A model generated the notes under the pieces. It saw only the letters and a program-made list of their open reading frames with translations. It did no database searches and was not told the origin of the DNA. A DNA stretch of 37,230 nucleotides from a virus (Duplodnaviria > Caudoviricetes): the IMG/VR virus record IMGVR_UViG_3300034682_000022, positions 1 to 37,230 of that record; one strand, 5' to 3'. Positions 16,554-25,165 of this stretch are shown one piece after another. How positions within the stretch are numbered: position 1 is the stretch's first letter; every line of letters begins with the position of its first letter. The translations under genes and the position numbers were made by a program.

Positions 16554-19252
16554 ACTGTTGCAAGCTCCTGAATGCTACCGGCCAAAATCACGGCTTGAAT
16601 CGCTGCAGCGCCAGTGCACTGCACTTCGATGGCCCAATCCATGGCCCGGAACCCCGCGGGCAGACGCAGCGGCTCACGGCTGTGCACCTCTGCAGAAAAC
16701 CGCTGCACCCCATCGGCCAGGACGGTCAGCCGCACCGGGTACGCGCTGGCCACCACCTCTGCGCAGGAGAACGTGGTCGGCTGTGGCTGCCTGAAGGTCT
16801 TGGACCGGAACGTGGCTGACATGAAACTCTCGGCCGCGTCCCATTTCAGGATTCGCGTGCCGCGCAGCACATACAACTGGTCTTGTGCGCTATCAAAGTG
16901 CGCAGCATCAAAGCCTTCACTCAGGAAGAAAATGCCTGCGCCACCTGCAGGATCTACCAAAAATCCCTTGCGCGGCGCCCCTGGTGATGGCTCATAGCTG
17001 CCAAAGTACAGGCCTTCGTACATTTGCCCGATGATGGTTTCAGGGCGCAGCTTGAGCCAGTCCTCGCGCAGCAGCACGCCGGCCGTCAACACCCGTGCAC
17101 CGCCTGCGCCGTACCAGCACAGCCCATCGTTCGATGCCCAGGCCACGCCAGCGCCCATGCTCACCACCGAGCTCGGCGCAATGCAACCCTGCGGGATGTC
17201 CAGGGGCGCCTGGTCTAGCGAGTCCGGGGAAGAACCAGACACCAGGATAGGCTTTCCAGTGGTCAGCACCAGCAGGTTCTGCCCAAACACCCCCAACCCC
17301 ACCGCGCGGCCGTCAGGTGGCACCGCGTCATAGCCAATCGGCCAGGCGTAAGGCACATAGGCCTCGCAGAATCGCACCGTTCCATTGGTGATGCCTGCCA
17401 GCATGCCGTTCCACATCGGCGTGAGGGTGTGCAGGTTTTGCTCTGTCAGATTGGTGGCGCCACCGCGCGGCACCCCTGGCGCGGGCAGCCACTTCTTGGT
17501 GGCCAGCACTTCGCCAATCTCCTGGCCTGTGTCCTTCACCGTGGCAACCGCCGCAGCCGCCTCCAGCAGAAAGAAGAAATCTGCATTGCCGGTTGTGCCG
17601 GCCTGGGTGCGGTACACACGCACGCGATTGATGTTGTATCCACCACCGGGGGGTGATGCCAGGTTGGAAAGAACCACCGTTTCGTCAATTGTGCGCTCCA
17701 CCGCGGCACTCACCGGGCTCGGCGCGCTCTCCCAGCCCCAGTCATTCACGTAGGTGTAAACGTAGAAGTAGTCCGCCACCTCTCGTTTTTTGGGGCCAAT
17801 GACCGTGGCAGCTGCCGCCTCGCCCCACACCTTGGTGGCCGCAGGCGTGATCTTCTTGATCGTGATGCTCGCCCCAGAGCCAATAGCCTCGATGCGAAGC
17901 TGGGTAGATCCGCCTGTAGATTCCTCTGTGGCGACGATTTTTGACACCGCAGACAGCGCCTGCTTGAGTGAGGCAGGCGTCACCGCTGGAGGGTAGGTGT
18001 TCGCCCCCGCCGTCAGGGTGATGGCGACTGGTGCCGCCTGGCCGATCTGCACCTGCCACTTGTCACCACCCTTGGCATTGGCGGCCAGCCAGTCCTGCGT
18101 GATGACCAGCGCGGCAGTCGCCCCCGATGATCGTTGAATCTCCACCGTCGCCGCGGTAGAAGTGGCCCCAACATTGATGCGCACACCACCAGGCTGCCCC
18201 TCGTAGTTCCCACTGGAGGATTCGCTGTAGTCAACAACTCCACCAGGGACGTAATCTTGCGCTGTGGCCTGCACGCCGCCAGCCGTCAGCGCGGCCACTA
18301 CACTGGAGCGGCTATTGCCACCGATGGTCACGCCAAAGCGGAAATTACCAGAAACCGTGCAGGTCAGCGTGTCTCCGGCCGCCAGGGTTTCCAGCATGGC
18401 GTCGGTGATGACGACATTGAACCCAGCGCTGGTGGTGGCCGTGGCTCGCAGCAGAGTTGCAGTTGGGCCAGAGTTCCCCACCGATGAAAACAGCTGCGTC
18501 AGCGTGGCCGCGCCTGCATCGTAGTTCTGCGTGGTGCCCGTCAGGCGCTCCAGCGTGAATGCCTTGCCCACTTCTGCGCCCGTCACCTTGACGCCCAGTG
18601 GTGCATCCTCGTCTTTTTCATCAGCGACAACGGCCTTGATACCCTGCAGAGCCGTGAGCGCCACTACCAGCTCAGCGGCCGACACCTTGCTGGTGGATGT
18701 GCCTGGGAGCGTGAACGTCTGCGCATCGCGCCCATCTACCGACAGGCGGTACTCACTGCCACCGGTCAGCGCGGCGATCTGCTTGGCGGTAATCAGCAGG
18801 CGGAACTTCCCCTCGTCTGGGTCTGGTGCGGGTAACACCACATTGGCAGACAGCGCGGTCGCGGGTGCTGGAAGTCCGAGCGGGCGACTGACCGATGGAT
18901 TGGTGGTCGGCTGATTGCTGCTCAGTGCTAGGTTGTCCGTCACCTTTGGGTGCCCTGACCCTGTGTATGCCGTGCGCTCAGTCGTGTCCTCCGCGTCAAA
19001 GCCCAGTGCGGTGTGCACCACATCCGGCCATGCCAGCCAGTACAGGCTATCACTGGGCGTGGAGCGCCCCATGCGGTAGATCGTCTTGGTGCCACCGGGG
19101 GCGCTGAATACCTGGGCGGGCTCGCGCCAGGGGCGCAGGTCCCCGCGGCCTGGCTTCTGGTTCAGCGATACGGTGCCTTGGCCTTCCGGGATCAGCTTGG
19201 GCTCTGCCGCGCGGTTCTCGCCCAAAAAACTGGAAATGGCGATGACTGTCAT
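16550..19252 (-). CDS. Tail nozzle/tubular-type structural protein (900 aa) with a central insertion
   Basis: YVYTYVNDWGWESAPSP, RVRVYRT, FCEAYVPYAWP and QGCIAPSSVVSMG...WASNDGLC motifs; GAGGAG SD. Confidence 0.75.
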   Translation of the reverse strand: MTVIAISSFLGENRAAEPKLIPEGQGTVSLNQKPGRGDLRPWREPAQVFSAPGGTKTIYRMGRSTPSDSLYWLAWPDVVHTALGFDAEDTTERTAYTGSGHPKVTDNLALSSNQPTTNPSVSRPLGLPAPATALSANVVLPAPDPDEGKFRLLITAKQIAALTGGSEYRLSVDGRDAQTFTLPGTSTSKVSAAELVVALTALQGIKAVVADEKDEDAPLGVKVTGAEVGKAFTLERLTGTTQNYDAGAATLTQLFSSVGNSGPTATLLRATATTSAGFNVVITDAMLETLAAGDTLTCTVSGNFRFGVTIGGNSRSSVVAALTAGGVQATAQDYVPGGVVDYSESSSGNYEGQPGGVRINVGATSTAATVEIQRSSGATAALVITQDWLAANAKGGDKWQVQIGQAAPVAITLTAGANTYPPAVTPASLKQALSAVSKIVATEESTGGSTQLRIEAIGSGASITIKKITPAATKVWGEAAAATVIGPKKREVADYFYVYTYVNDWGWESAPSPVSAAVERTIDETVVLSNLASPPGGGYNINRVRVYRTQAGTTGNADFFFLLEAAAAVATVKDTGQEIGEVLATKKWLPAPGVPRGGATNLTEQNLHTLTPMWNGMLAGITNGTVRFCEAYVPYAWPIGYDAVPPDGRAVGLGVFGQNLLVLTTGKPILVSGSSPDSLDQAPLDIPQGCIAPSSVVSMGAGVAWASNDGLCWYGAGGARVLTAGVLLREDWLKLRPETIIGQMYEGLYFGSYEPSPGAPRKGFLVDPAGGAGIFFLSEGFDAAHFDSAQDQLYVLRGTRILKWDAAESFMSATFRSKTFRQPQPTTFSCAEVVASAYPVRLTVLADGVQRFSAEVHSREPLRLPAGFRAMDWAIEVQCTGAAAIQAVILAGSIQELATV

Positions 19253-19253
19253 G

Positions 19254-19319
19254 TCACTCCTCTGAGTTCAACGCACGCTCTGTATCAACCTGCTTTCGCA
19301 GCAGCACTACTTCGTCGTT
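19254..19319 (-). pseudogene. Remnant of the original Rz/Rz1 3' end displaced by the HNH insertion
   Basis: Translates to NDEVVLLRKQVDTERALNSEE*, which aligns with the current Rz end DSEVNLLRSIIDADRALLAN*. Confidence 0.8.
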
Positions 19320-19393
19320 AAAATAGGCGAGCCCGCAAAGCTCTTGCAAAGCGATGTGGGCTCTAACCACAACAACCTGATTGAGAGGTCTTC
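19319..19393 (+). promoter_or_regulatory. Putative promoter and structured leader of the HNH gene
   Basis: TAAAAT at 19319-19324; hairpin GAGCCCGCA (19329-37) / TGTGGGCTC (19355-63); GAGG SD before ATG 19394. Confidence 0.5.
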
Positions 19394-19993
19394 ATGGCTG
19401 CACAGCATTCTACAGAGCCCCCTATTCCTGTTTGGAAAGCTATAGATGGATACGAAGGTATCTACGAAATCAGTTCATTTGGGGATGTACGCTCGCTTGA
19501 CCGTTTCATTTTGCAGTTGAGCCCATTGGGCCATGTTGTGCGGAGGAGCTATCCTGGTAGCACGCTCAAAGCGGTAGCGGACAATCATGGTTATATCCGT
19601 GTGAGCCTGGCAAAACCAGGGCAAAAAGCTGAAACCAAACGAGTCCATCATCTGGTCGCCATGGTGTTTATTGGTCCACGACCTGAAGGCTATTCCGTTT
19701 GCCACATCGACGGCGACAAAACAAACAACACTTTGTTGAATCTTCGTTATGGGACGCAATCGGAGAATGAAGCTGACAAACTTGCTCATGGCCGCCTAAA
19801 GCATGGCCAGCGACACGCTGAAGCAAAGCTAGATGATGAAACTGTAAGAAGACTTCGTTCCGATCTACAGGGCAAAACCCAAAGTTGGTGGGCGCACCAT
19901 TTGCGCGTCTCTGAGGCGGCGCTAAGTCGAGCTCTCTCTTGCAAAACTTGGCGGCACATCAATTCGCCAACAATGCGCGATCCGCATCAATGA
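19394..19993 (+). CDS. NUMOD4-HNH homing endonuclease (antisense to the late operon)
   Basis: WKAIDGYEGIYEISSFGDVRSLDR (NUMOD4); VHHLVAMVF...VCHIDGDKTNNTLLNLRYGTQSEN (HNH); C-terminal HTH; lower GC than flanks. Confidence 0.93.
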   Translation: MAAQHSTEPPIPVWKAIDGYEGIYEISSFGDVRSLDRFILQLSPLGHVVRRSYPGSTLKAVADNHGYIRVSLAKPGQKAETKRVHHLVAMVFIGPRPEGYSVCHIDGDKTNNTLLNLRYGTQSENEADKLAHGRLKHGQRHAEAKLDDETVRRLRSDLQGKTQSWWAHHLRVSEAALSRALSCKTWRHINSPTMRDPHQ

Positions 19994-20468
19994 TTGATCT
20001 GAGAAGATTCACCTCCGAATCGCGTCGGACAAGATCCTTTCGGAGTTCTCCGACCACTGCAACCCCCTCGACAAGCTGGCGGTCGAAGGCTTCAAGTCGA
20101 TCTGCAATACTGCTGCTGGCAGTGGTGCAGGCTTGGGCTTGCGCGCGATAAGTGGCGGCTCGGCGTTCGGCATCTGTGCGCAGCCGCTCAGCGCGAGTAA
20201 CATCAACGCGAGCAATGGCGTCACGAACAGGCTGCGATGTGGTGAATTCGTCAGAGTTTTTCGACGTGTTTGCGGCATGTGTCGATTCCTTCGATGCAGT
20301 TTGGATTTCGTCAGCGCGGGCGACTTCAGAGCGCTTCAGGTTGGCGGTGGCCTGCTTGCCCTGCATGTCGGCAATCTGCGCGTCATAGCGCCAAGCCTGG
20401 ATATGCCAGGTGGACGCAGCGGCAAGGGCCAGCCCAGCGATGAATGCGGCAACATTGGTGTAAATCAC
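19959..20468 (-). CDS. Rz-like inner-membrane spanin
   Basis: N-terminal TM segment followed by coiled coil; directly downstream of the endolysin. Confidence 0.85.
   Translation of the reverse strand: MIYTNVAAFIAGLALAAASTWHIQAWRYDAQIADMQGKQATANLKRSEVARADEIQTASKESTHAANTSKNSDEFTTSQPVRDAIARVDVTRAERLRTDAERRAATYRAQAQACTTASSSIADRLEAFDRQLVEGVAVVGELRKDLVRRDSEVNLLRSIIDADRALLAN
20009..20278 (-). CDS. Rz1-like outer-membrane lipoprotein spanin embedded in Rz (start uncertain)
   Basis: Alternate frame within Rz; signal peptide with lipobox LLALMLLALSGC, then Pro-rich PPLIARKPKPAPLP. Confidence 0.8.
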   Translation of the reverse strand: MPQTRRKTLTNSPHRSLFVTPLLALMLLALSGCAQMPNAEPPLIARKPKPAPLPAAVLQIDLKPSTASLSRGLQWSENSERILSDAIRR

Positions 20469-21094
20469 TGGAGCCTCCAGTCAGTGCAAATCTCGCCGTT
20501 GGAATCTCCGCGGATCTGGAGCCCTGGCAGCACCTGGAGCACGCCGTTCTTTGTACCCTTGTTCCATCGCGGGTTCTGTCGGCACGCTGCTTCAAGCTGG
20601 CCACGGTTGGCCAGGGTCAACATGGTGCTGCCCTCAAAGGCAGCCTCGCCTTTGTTCCAGATGAAGTCGATGAACGTGGCGCGGGCAAAGTCGTCGTAGC
20701 TGGGCCAGTACACCAGAGCGCGCATCGCTGCGGCCTCCGCCAACAGGTAGCGGCGCTTTTCAATCCGCATGCAATCGGCGGGCGTGTAGTACCGACCTGC
20801 CACCACCTCCGGCCCGGTGACTCCGTTGCACACGGTCAGGAGCTGTCCGCGCCCCAGCTTGTCCACATAGGGCTTGCCGATGTGCTTGCCGCTGCTCTCG
20901 TATTGGGAGCCCATGACCATGGCGATCTTCACCGCCATGCTGGTGCTGGTGTCTGCTGCCACGGCCCGGATGTACTCGTTGCCCAGCGCCTCGGGCGTGG
21001 GCTCTGCATTCTGGATGCTCACCCCAGCGGCCAGCATGACCAGGGCAGCTAGGGAGCCAGCCAGCGCTTTGGGGACTTTGGACTGCGCGGTCAC
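20465..21094 (-). CDS. SAR-type endolysin (GH24 lysozyme)
   Basis: E...PYVD...TVCNGVTG catalytic region; DFIWNKGEAAFEGSTML; LPGLQIRG; Ala/Gly-rich N-terminal TM (SAR-like). GTGA overlap with the holin; alternative start 21115. Confidence 0.9.
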   Translation of the reverse strand: MTAQSKVPKALAGSLAALVMLAAGVSIQNAEPTPEALGNEYIRAVAADTSTSMAVKIAMVMGSQYESSGKHIGKPYVDKLGRGQLLTVCNGVTGPEVVAGRYYTPADCMRIEKRRYLLAEAAAMRALVYWPSYDDFARATFIDFIWNKGEAAFEGSTMLTLANRGQLEAACRQNPRWNKGTKNGVLQVLPGLQIRGDSNGEICTDWRLQ

Positions 21095-21360
21095 TCGTCT
21101 GCCTCCGAGCGCCACGATGCGACCTGCCCAGCGCGGGCCAGATCAAGCTCATGTTTGAGCATCTGCTTGCGCATCTTCTTCATTGGCAGCTCATGCACAA
21201 GGTAGCCGTAAATCTGAACAGACAACCACGCTGCGGACAGCACCCCTACGGCGAGATTGACTACCCCGAGGAACGTGCCGATGCCAAGGAACGCAGCCAC
21301 CCAATTGACGAGCGCCTTCACTGTGTTCGTGTCCGTCTGATGCAACAGGTCGTTCTTCAC
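21091..21360 (-). CDS. Putative holin (89 aa)
   Basis: Long hydrophobic segment(s) followed by a basic C-terminus; directly upstream of the endolysin; GTGA-coupled start. Confidence 0.7.
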   Translation of the reverse strand: MKNDLLHQTDTNTVKALVNWVAAFLGIGTFLGVVNLAVGVLSAAWLSVQIYGYLVHELPMKKMRKQMLKHELDLARAGQVASWRSEADE

Positions 21361-21662
21361 TGGCAGCCTTGCTCGGTATGTTGTTGGTACTCGGCTGGTA
21401 GGTTCTTGCGTGCGCGCTCTTTGAGATACGCCTTGTAGCAATGGTCAGGCCCCTGCCAGAAGAACAGCAGGTTGATCGGCTTCATGGTCAGCTTGCCGAA
21501 AATTTTGCCGTCCCGGTACGCGCGGTAGCTGCGGGCTGACAGGGTTTCGTCGGCGTAGCTGATCGTGCCGTCCAGCGGAGGAATCAGCGCGTTGACCAGC
21601 TGGTCAGCAGCGATGAAAACCTGCTCAAAGTAGGCTTTGGTCAAACGTAATGCCTGCAGCAT
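21357..21662 (-). CDS. Conserved phage protein (DQLxN...DETLSAR family, 101 aa)
   Basis: IAADQLVNAL...DETLSARSYR...INLLFFWQ..HC motif, often found between fibre and lysis genes; GAGGAGG SD. Confidence 0.7.
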   Translation of the reverse strand: MLQALRLTKAYFEQVFIAADQLVNALIPPLDGTISYADETLSARSYRAYRDGKIFGKLTMKPINLLFFWQGPDHCYKAYLKERARKNLPAEYQQHTEQGCQ

Positions 21663-22284
21663 TTGCTTCCTCCTCGATGGATGTGGGCCAGCCAGTTGAA
21701 AAGTCGTAGTTCTGTGGTGCCGTGCTTGACTCCACCGCAATGCGGTGAACCTCGGCAGCAGTGAAGATGGCCGTGTCGCTGGCAGCCGTTGCGGAAACGA
21801 TGGCCTGGGCGAGCTGCTGCGTCATGGGCACGAAGACGGGCGGCGGTGTCAGGGTCAGCGTTTTCCACTGCAGACCCGCAGGGATGTTGGCCCCGAGCAA
21901 GACCAGCCCGAGTTGCTGGGTGCGGCTCTTTTGGTCACTGTGAAACCAGTGCTGGCCGACTTTCACGCCCAGGCCAGCGCGGCGGTCGCGCTCGACCTTG
22001 ATGGCCTCCCATGCAGCCTCGCGTGCGCGGGCAAGGTTTTGCACCACCTGCTCTTGCGGAAGCTGGTCGATGCGCCATTGCTGCGTCAACGTGCCGTCAA
22101 CGATGGTTGGCGCAACCTCCACCGCCACATGGGTGATTCGGTTGTGCTCGGGTGGATTGCCGTCCTGGTAGCCGACAAACTTCCCAATAACAGGGGAGCC
22201 TTCTGGGGCGGAGGTGTTTGCCCGCATGCACGCATCTTGGCGGGAGATGCCAAATTCGCCTGTAAGTTGGTAAAAATAAAGCAT
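21625..22284 (-). CDS. DUF4376-like tail fibre-associated/chaperone protein
   Basis: WEAIKVERDRR..GVKVG.HWFHSDQKSRTQQ...WKT...AEVHR...YDFSTGWP pattern. Confidence 0.8.
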   Translation of the reverse strand: MLYFYQLTGEFGISRQDACMRANTSAPEGSPVIGKFVGYQDGNPPEHNRITHVAVEVAPTIVDGTLTQQWRIDQLPQEQVVQNLARAREAAWEAIKVERDRRAGLGVKVGQHWFHSDQKSRTQQLGLVLLGANIPAGLQWKTLTLTPPPVFVPMTQQLAQAIVSATAASDTAIFTAAEVHRIAVESSTAPQNYDFSTGWPTSIEEEANAAGITFDQSLL

Positions 22285-22296
22285 ATTTATAACTTA

Positions 22297-22761
22297 TTAA
22301 ATATCATAATAATACCACCCACTGTTATTAGCATACCCAAGCGTAGTTTTTGCTTTTACAATCACATAATTAGTGCCGTCGTTTGATGCCTTGATCAAAT
22401 AATCAAATGGCCTGTATTGATACACAGCAAGGTAAATAGCCAACTTTGTAATTTTTTTAGGGGTATATAACTCTTGGATTATTATCGCTGGGTTAGCGTC
22501 TGTTAGCTGTTGATTTAGAATCCACTCTGTATTTGTATATCCATCAGTAGCCTTGTCAGCCGTGGCTGTTGAATAAGGATAATTTGGCGAAGTTGTTGTT
22601 CTTGGGGATTCTGGATATGCCTCGCCTTGCGCGTAAATCCTAACCTCTGCGATATACATAAAATTGTTGTACCCGCCGGACGGGAATTCAATTCTCCAGT
22701 ATTTATATTTCCCGTCGCCAGCCAATCCAGCGGCTGCCATAACAAGGTTGCGAATGCTCAT
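22297..22761 (-). CDS. Discoidin/F5-8 type C-like putative receptor-binding protein (154 aa, low GC)
   Basis: YKYWRIEF, IAEVRIY, ADKATDGYTNTEW and RPFDYLIKASNDGTNY; TAATG coupling to the fibre gene; AT-rich DNA. Confidence 0.7.
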   Translation of the reverse strand: MSIRNLVMAAAGLAGDGKYKYWRIEFPSGGYNNFMYIAEVRIYAQGEAYPESPRTTTSPNYPYSTATADKATDGYTNTEWILNQQLTDANPAIIIQELYTPKKITKLAIYLAVYQYRPFDYLIKASNDGTNYVIVKAKTTLGYANNSGWYYYDI

Positions 22762-23837
22762 TACTTCACATCCTTTCCAAGCACCAGGCCCGTCCAGGTA
22801 GTACCACCATCGTGGGTGAAAAAGCCGAGCACATCGCGCCCTGCAGCAGTCAGCGTCGGAACAGTGCCACCGGCCCACTTCATTCCAGCCCACCAGGTAA
22901 TCCCAGCACTGCCTCCGTTGGTCAGGTCGAGGATGAAACTGGCTGTTGTACCCGCCGCCGGAACGTTTGACACTGTGAGCGTCGTAGCGCCGCTGATGGT
23001 TTTGGTGAAGACATTGCCTGTGGCAAGGTCGATGTTGTTGGCGGGCAGTGCTGCGCGCACTTCTCGCAGGCCGGTAATGGTTGGCGTAGCGGTCGGGGCC
23101 TTTGCATCCAAGGCGCTTTGCAGGCCAGTGACGCTTGCAATCGCTTGCTCACCGGTATGGGTTGCGCGGTCACGCAACTGAGCATCCGTGCTGTTGGCTG
23201 TGGCCCCTGCAGCCACACCAGCGAGCTTGCTTTTCTCAGCGGTGGTGTAGTCCTCAGTGCTCAGCCCCTTGCCAGCAACCTTATCGACCTTGGTATCCAG
23301 CGCAGCCTGCAAACCGGACACCGTAGTAATCGCCTGTGTGCCTGTGTGGGTTGCACGATCCCGCAACTGAGCATCCGTGCTGTTGGCTGTGGCCCCTTCA
23401 GCCACACCAGCGAGCTTGCTTTTCTCAGCGGTGGTGTAGTCCTCAGTGCTCAGCCCCTTGCCAGCGACTTTCTGCACCATGCTCTCGGCGCTGCCCTTGG
23501 TGAAGCGCAGCGAAAGGTAGTCCCCTGAGACATAAGCCTGGGCAGTCGTCCCCTCCTGGGCTCGCTGAACAGTGATACGACACTCGCCAGGTATGGAGTT
23601 ATCCACGGCAGTGACGCGCATCACCTCAATGCTCGATTCAATGCTACCGGACCGCTTGTAGGCAGTGAGCACGTAGTAGTCGCCGCCAGTTGGATTGAGC
23701 AACATGCCCGCCGCACCATCAGACACGCGCAGAACACCGTAGTCCAGCTCGGTCGCTGGCGTACCGGTGGTTGGCGTTTCCTTCACCGCCGCAATGAACA
23801 CGGTGGTGAAGTTGTTGAGAAACAGTTGCTTGGCCAT
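22761..23837 (-). CDS. Tail fibre protein (358 aa) with an internal 63-aa duplication
   Basis: KGLSTEDYTTAEKSKLAG and RATHTG.QAI..V.GLQ.ALD fibre repeats; C-terminal IDLATGNVFTKTI...W..G.KWAGG..PTLT domain. Confidence 0.85.
   Translation of the reverse strand: MAKQLFLNNFTTVFIAAVKETPTTGTPATELDYGVLRVSDGAAGMLLNPTGGDYYVLTAYKRSGSIESSIEVMRVTAVDNSIPGECRITVQRAQEGTTAQAYVSGDYLSLRFTKGSAESMVQKVAGKGLSTEDYTTAEKSKLAGVAEGATANSTDAQLRDRATHTGTQAITTVSGLQAALDTKVDKVAGKGLSTEDYTTAEKSKLAGVAAGATANSTDAQLRDRATHTGEQAIASVTGLQSALDAKAPTATPTITGLREVRAALPANNIDLATGNVFTKTISGATTLTVSNVPAAGTTASFILDLTNGGSAGITWWAGMKWAGGTVPTLTAAGRDVLGFFTHDGGTTWTGLVLGKDVK
23173..23465. repeat. Direct repeat with 189-bp period and near-identical 104-bp cores
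   Basis: 23173-23276 and 23362-23465 differ at one position by eye. Confidence 0.9.
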
Positions 23838-24112
23838 CAGGTGTCCTTGATCCGAACTTTCAACTCGACTTCTTTGGCTCGCCCGTCATTGGTGTAGGCG
23901 ACCACCGTCACCTTGTAGGAGCCACCGGTAACGCCGTCCTGTAGCCACACTTTCACGCGGGGGTGCTGCAGTGCGTAGGTCACAGTCAGGCCAGCAGGCT
24001 CCACCGCAACGGTGGCCGCGACCACCGTGTCATCGAGCGGAAACCACTCGCCAAAGTCAATGTCGTAGTCCCGCACGTCGCGGGGCTGTTGGGTGATTGC
24101 TGCGAGTGCCAC
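23837..24112 (-). CDS. Small tail fibre adaptor protein (91 aa)
   Basis: QPRDVRDYDIDFGEW...VKVWLQDG..G.SYKVTV...T.DGR beta-rich pattern. Confidence 0.75.
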   Translation of the reverse strand: MALAAITQQPRDVRDYDIDFGEWFPLDDTVVAATVAVEPAGLTVTYALQHPRVKVWLQDGVTGGSYKVTVVAYTNDGRAKEVELKVRIKDT

Positions 24113-24114
24113 AG

Positions 24115-24732
24115 TTACCTCACAAAGAAAACGTTGTCCTCAAATGGGACAACAAAGGTCTGCGCATCCACTGCGTACTCGTCAAACTGCACGCGCTTTA
24201 CGGTGTTAGGGTTCGCGTCAATGTCTGCGGTAGCCGCCAGAGAGACAGGCGCTCGAAGTGCGGCCCTTGAAATGGCGCTAATTTGCACAGCGGCATTGAT
24301 GGAAACAGATGCAGCTGTGATGCGCGAGGCCGTGGCCATGGCATCTGCTGTGCCCGTTGAGGAGATTTGCGAAGCGCGAGCCACGCGCCCAACAACAAGG
24401 CTTGTCGCCCTGGCGTAGCACGCCACAAACACCTGCACAACCGGGCGCACCAGGGTGATCTGCGCAATAGCCTGCGCCACCTCTGCGGATCTGGCCAGAA
24501 TGCGAGCAACGATTGACGCATCAGCACGGGCCTGCGTCACGGTCGAAGATGACTTCACCACGCGCGCAGCAGCCTGCGCATCCAACTCAGCCTGTGCAGA
24601 AACCGCGCTCCTGCGGAACACGCGCCCTGACACCACGGCAAGGGCGTAAGCGCGGACAACCAGAAGCACCCGGACAGTTACGTCCGTTGCGCTCTCATTG
24701 ATCGCGGCTTCGTTGATGCCGTGGGTGTTCAT
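24115..24732 (-). CDS. Ala/Val-rich structural protein (205 aa)
   Basis: INEAAIN N-terminus and repetitive Ala-rich body; lies in the tail cluster. Confidence 0.7.
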   Translation of the reverse strand: MNTHGINEAAINESATDVTVRVLLVVRAYALAVVSGRVFRRSAVSAQAELDAQAAARVVKSSSTVTQARADASIVARILARSAEVAQAIAQITLVRPVVQVFVACYARATSLVVGRVARASQISSTGTADAMATASRITAASVSINAAVQISAISRAALRAPVSLAATADIDANPNTVKRVQFDEYAVDAQTFVVPFEDNVFFVR

Positions 24733-24736
24733 GGTC

Positions 24737-25153
24737 TTAAATCAGCGAAAGCGTGAAGTCACCAGAGCTACCCTGGCTGCGCACCGTGTAAATGTCGTTG
24801 GTGGTCAGGGTCTTGGGCTCGTCAAGCTGCTCACTGAACAGCAAGGTGGCCGTCGGGTCCGAGGGGCTTGAGCCTTCCACGATACCGATGTGCGTCACCA
24901 CCACAGGAGCGCCCACCACAGGGGGGAACTCCACATTGGTGTTGTTGTAGGAGGTGCCCGTAGAAGGCGCAGCAAACGCCCCCGTGGGCTGGCGCTGATA
25001 CCAGGCGGCGGACACCTCCGTGCCTGCCACAAACGCATCAGTTGGGTCTGCAGTGAACAAGGCAAAGTACGTGGTGCGAATCGTTGGAAACGCCTGCTGG
25101 CGCAGCACCGCATTGACAATTGCGTTGGCGAGGGATGTGGAAAAACCGGCCAT
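24737..25153 (-). CDS. Tail/virion structural protein (138 aa)
   Basis: YFALFTADPTD...EVS...YQRQ...FP...VTHIGI pattern; AGGAG SD. Confidence 0.75.
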   Translation of the reverse strand: MAGFSTSLANAIVNAVLRQQAFPTIRTTYFALFTADPTDAFVAGTEVSAAWYQRQPTGAFAAPSTGTSYNNTNVEFPPVVGAPVVVTHIGIVEGSSPSDPTATLLFSEQLDEPKTLTTNDIYTVRSQGSSGDFTLSLI

Positions 25154-25165
25154 GTGGCGCTCCTA

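Noticed and set aside
19320-20021. Group I intron in Rz carrying the HNH
   Set aside because: The HNH is antisense, there is almost no non-coding room for a ribozyme core, and Rz already has a complete replacement end.
22297-23465. Diversity-generating retroelement acting on the fibre or discoidin genes
   Set aside because: No reverse transcriptase in the window. The only repeat pair is an in-frame tandem duplication without adenine-specific mismatches.
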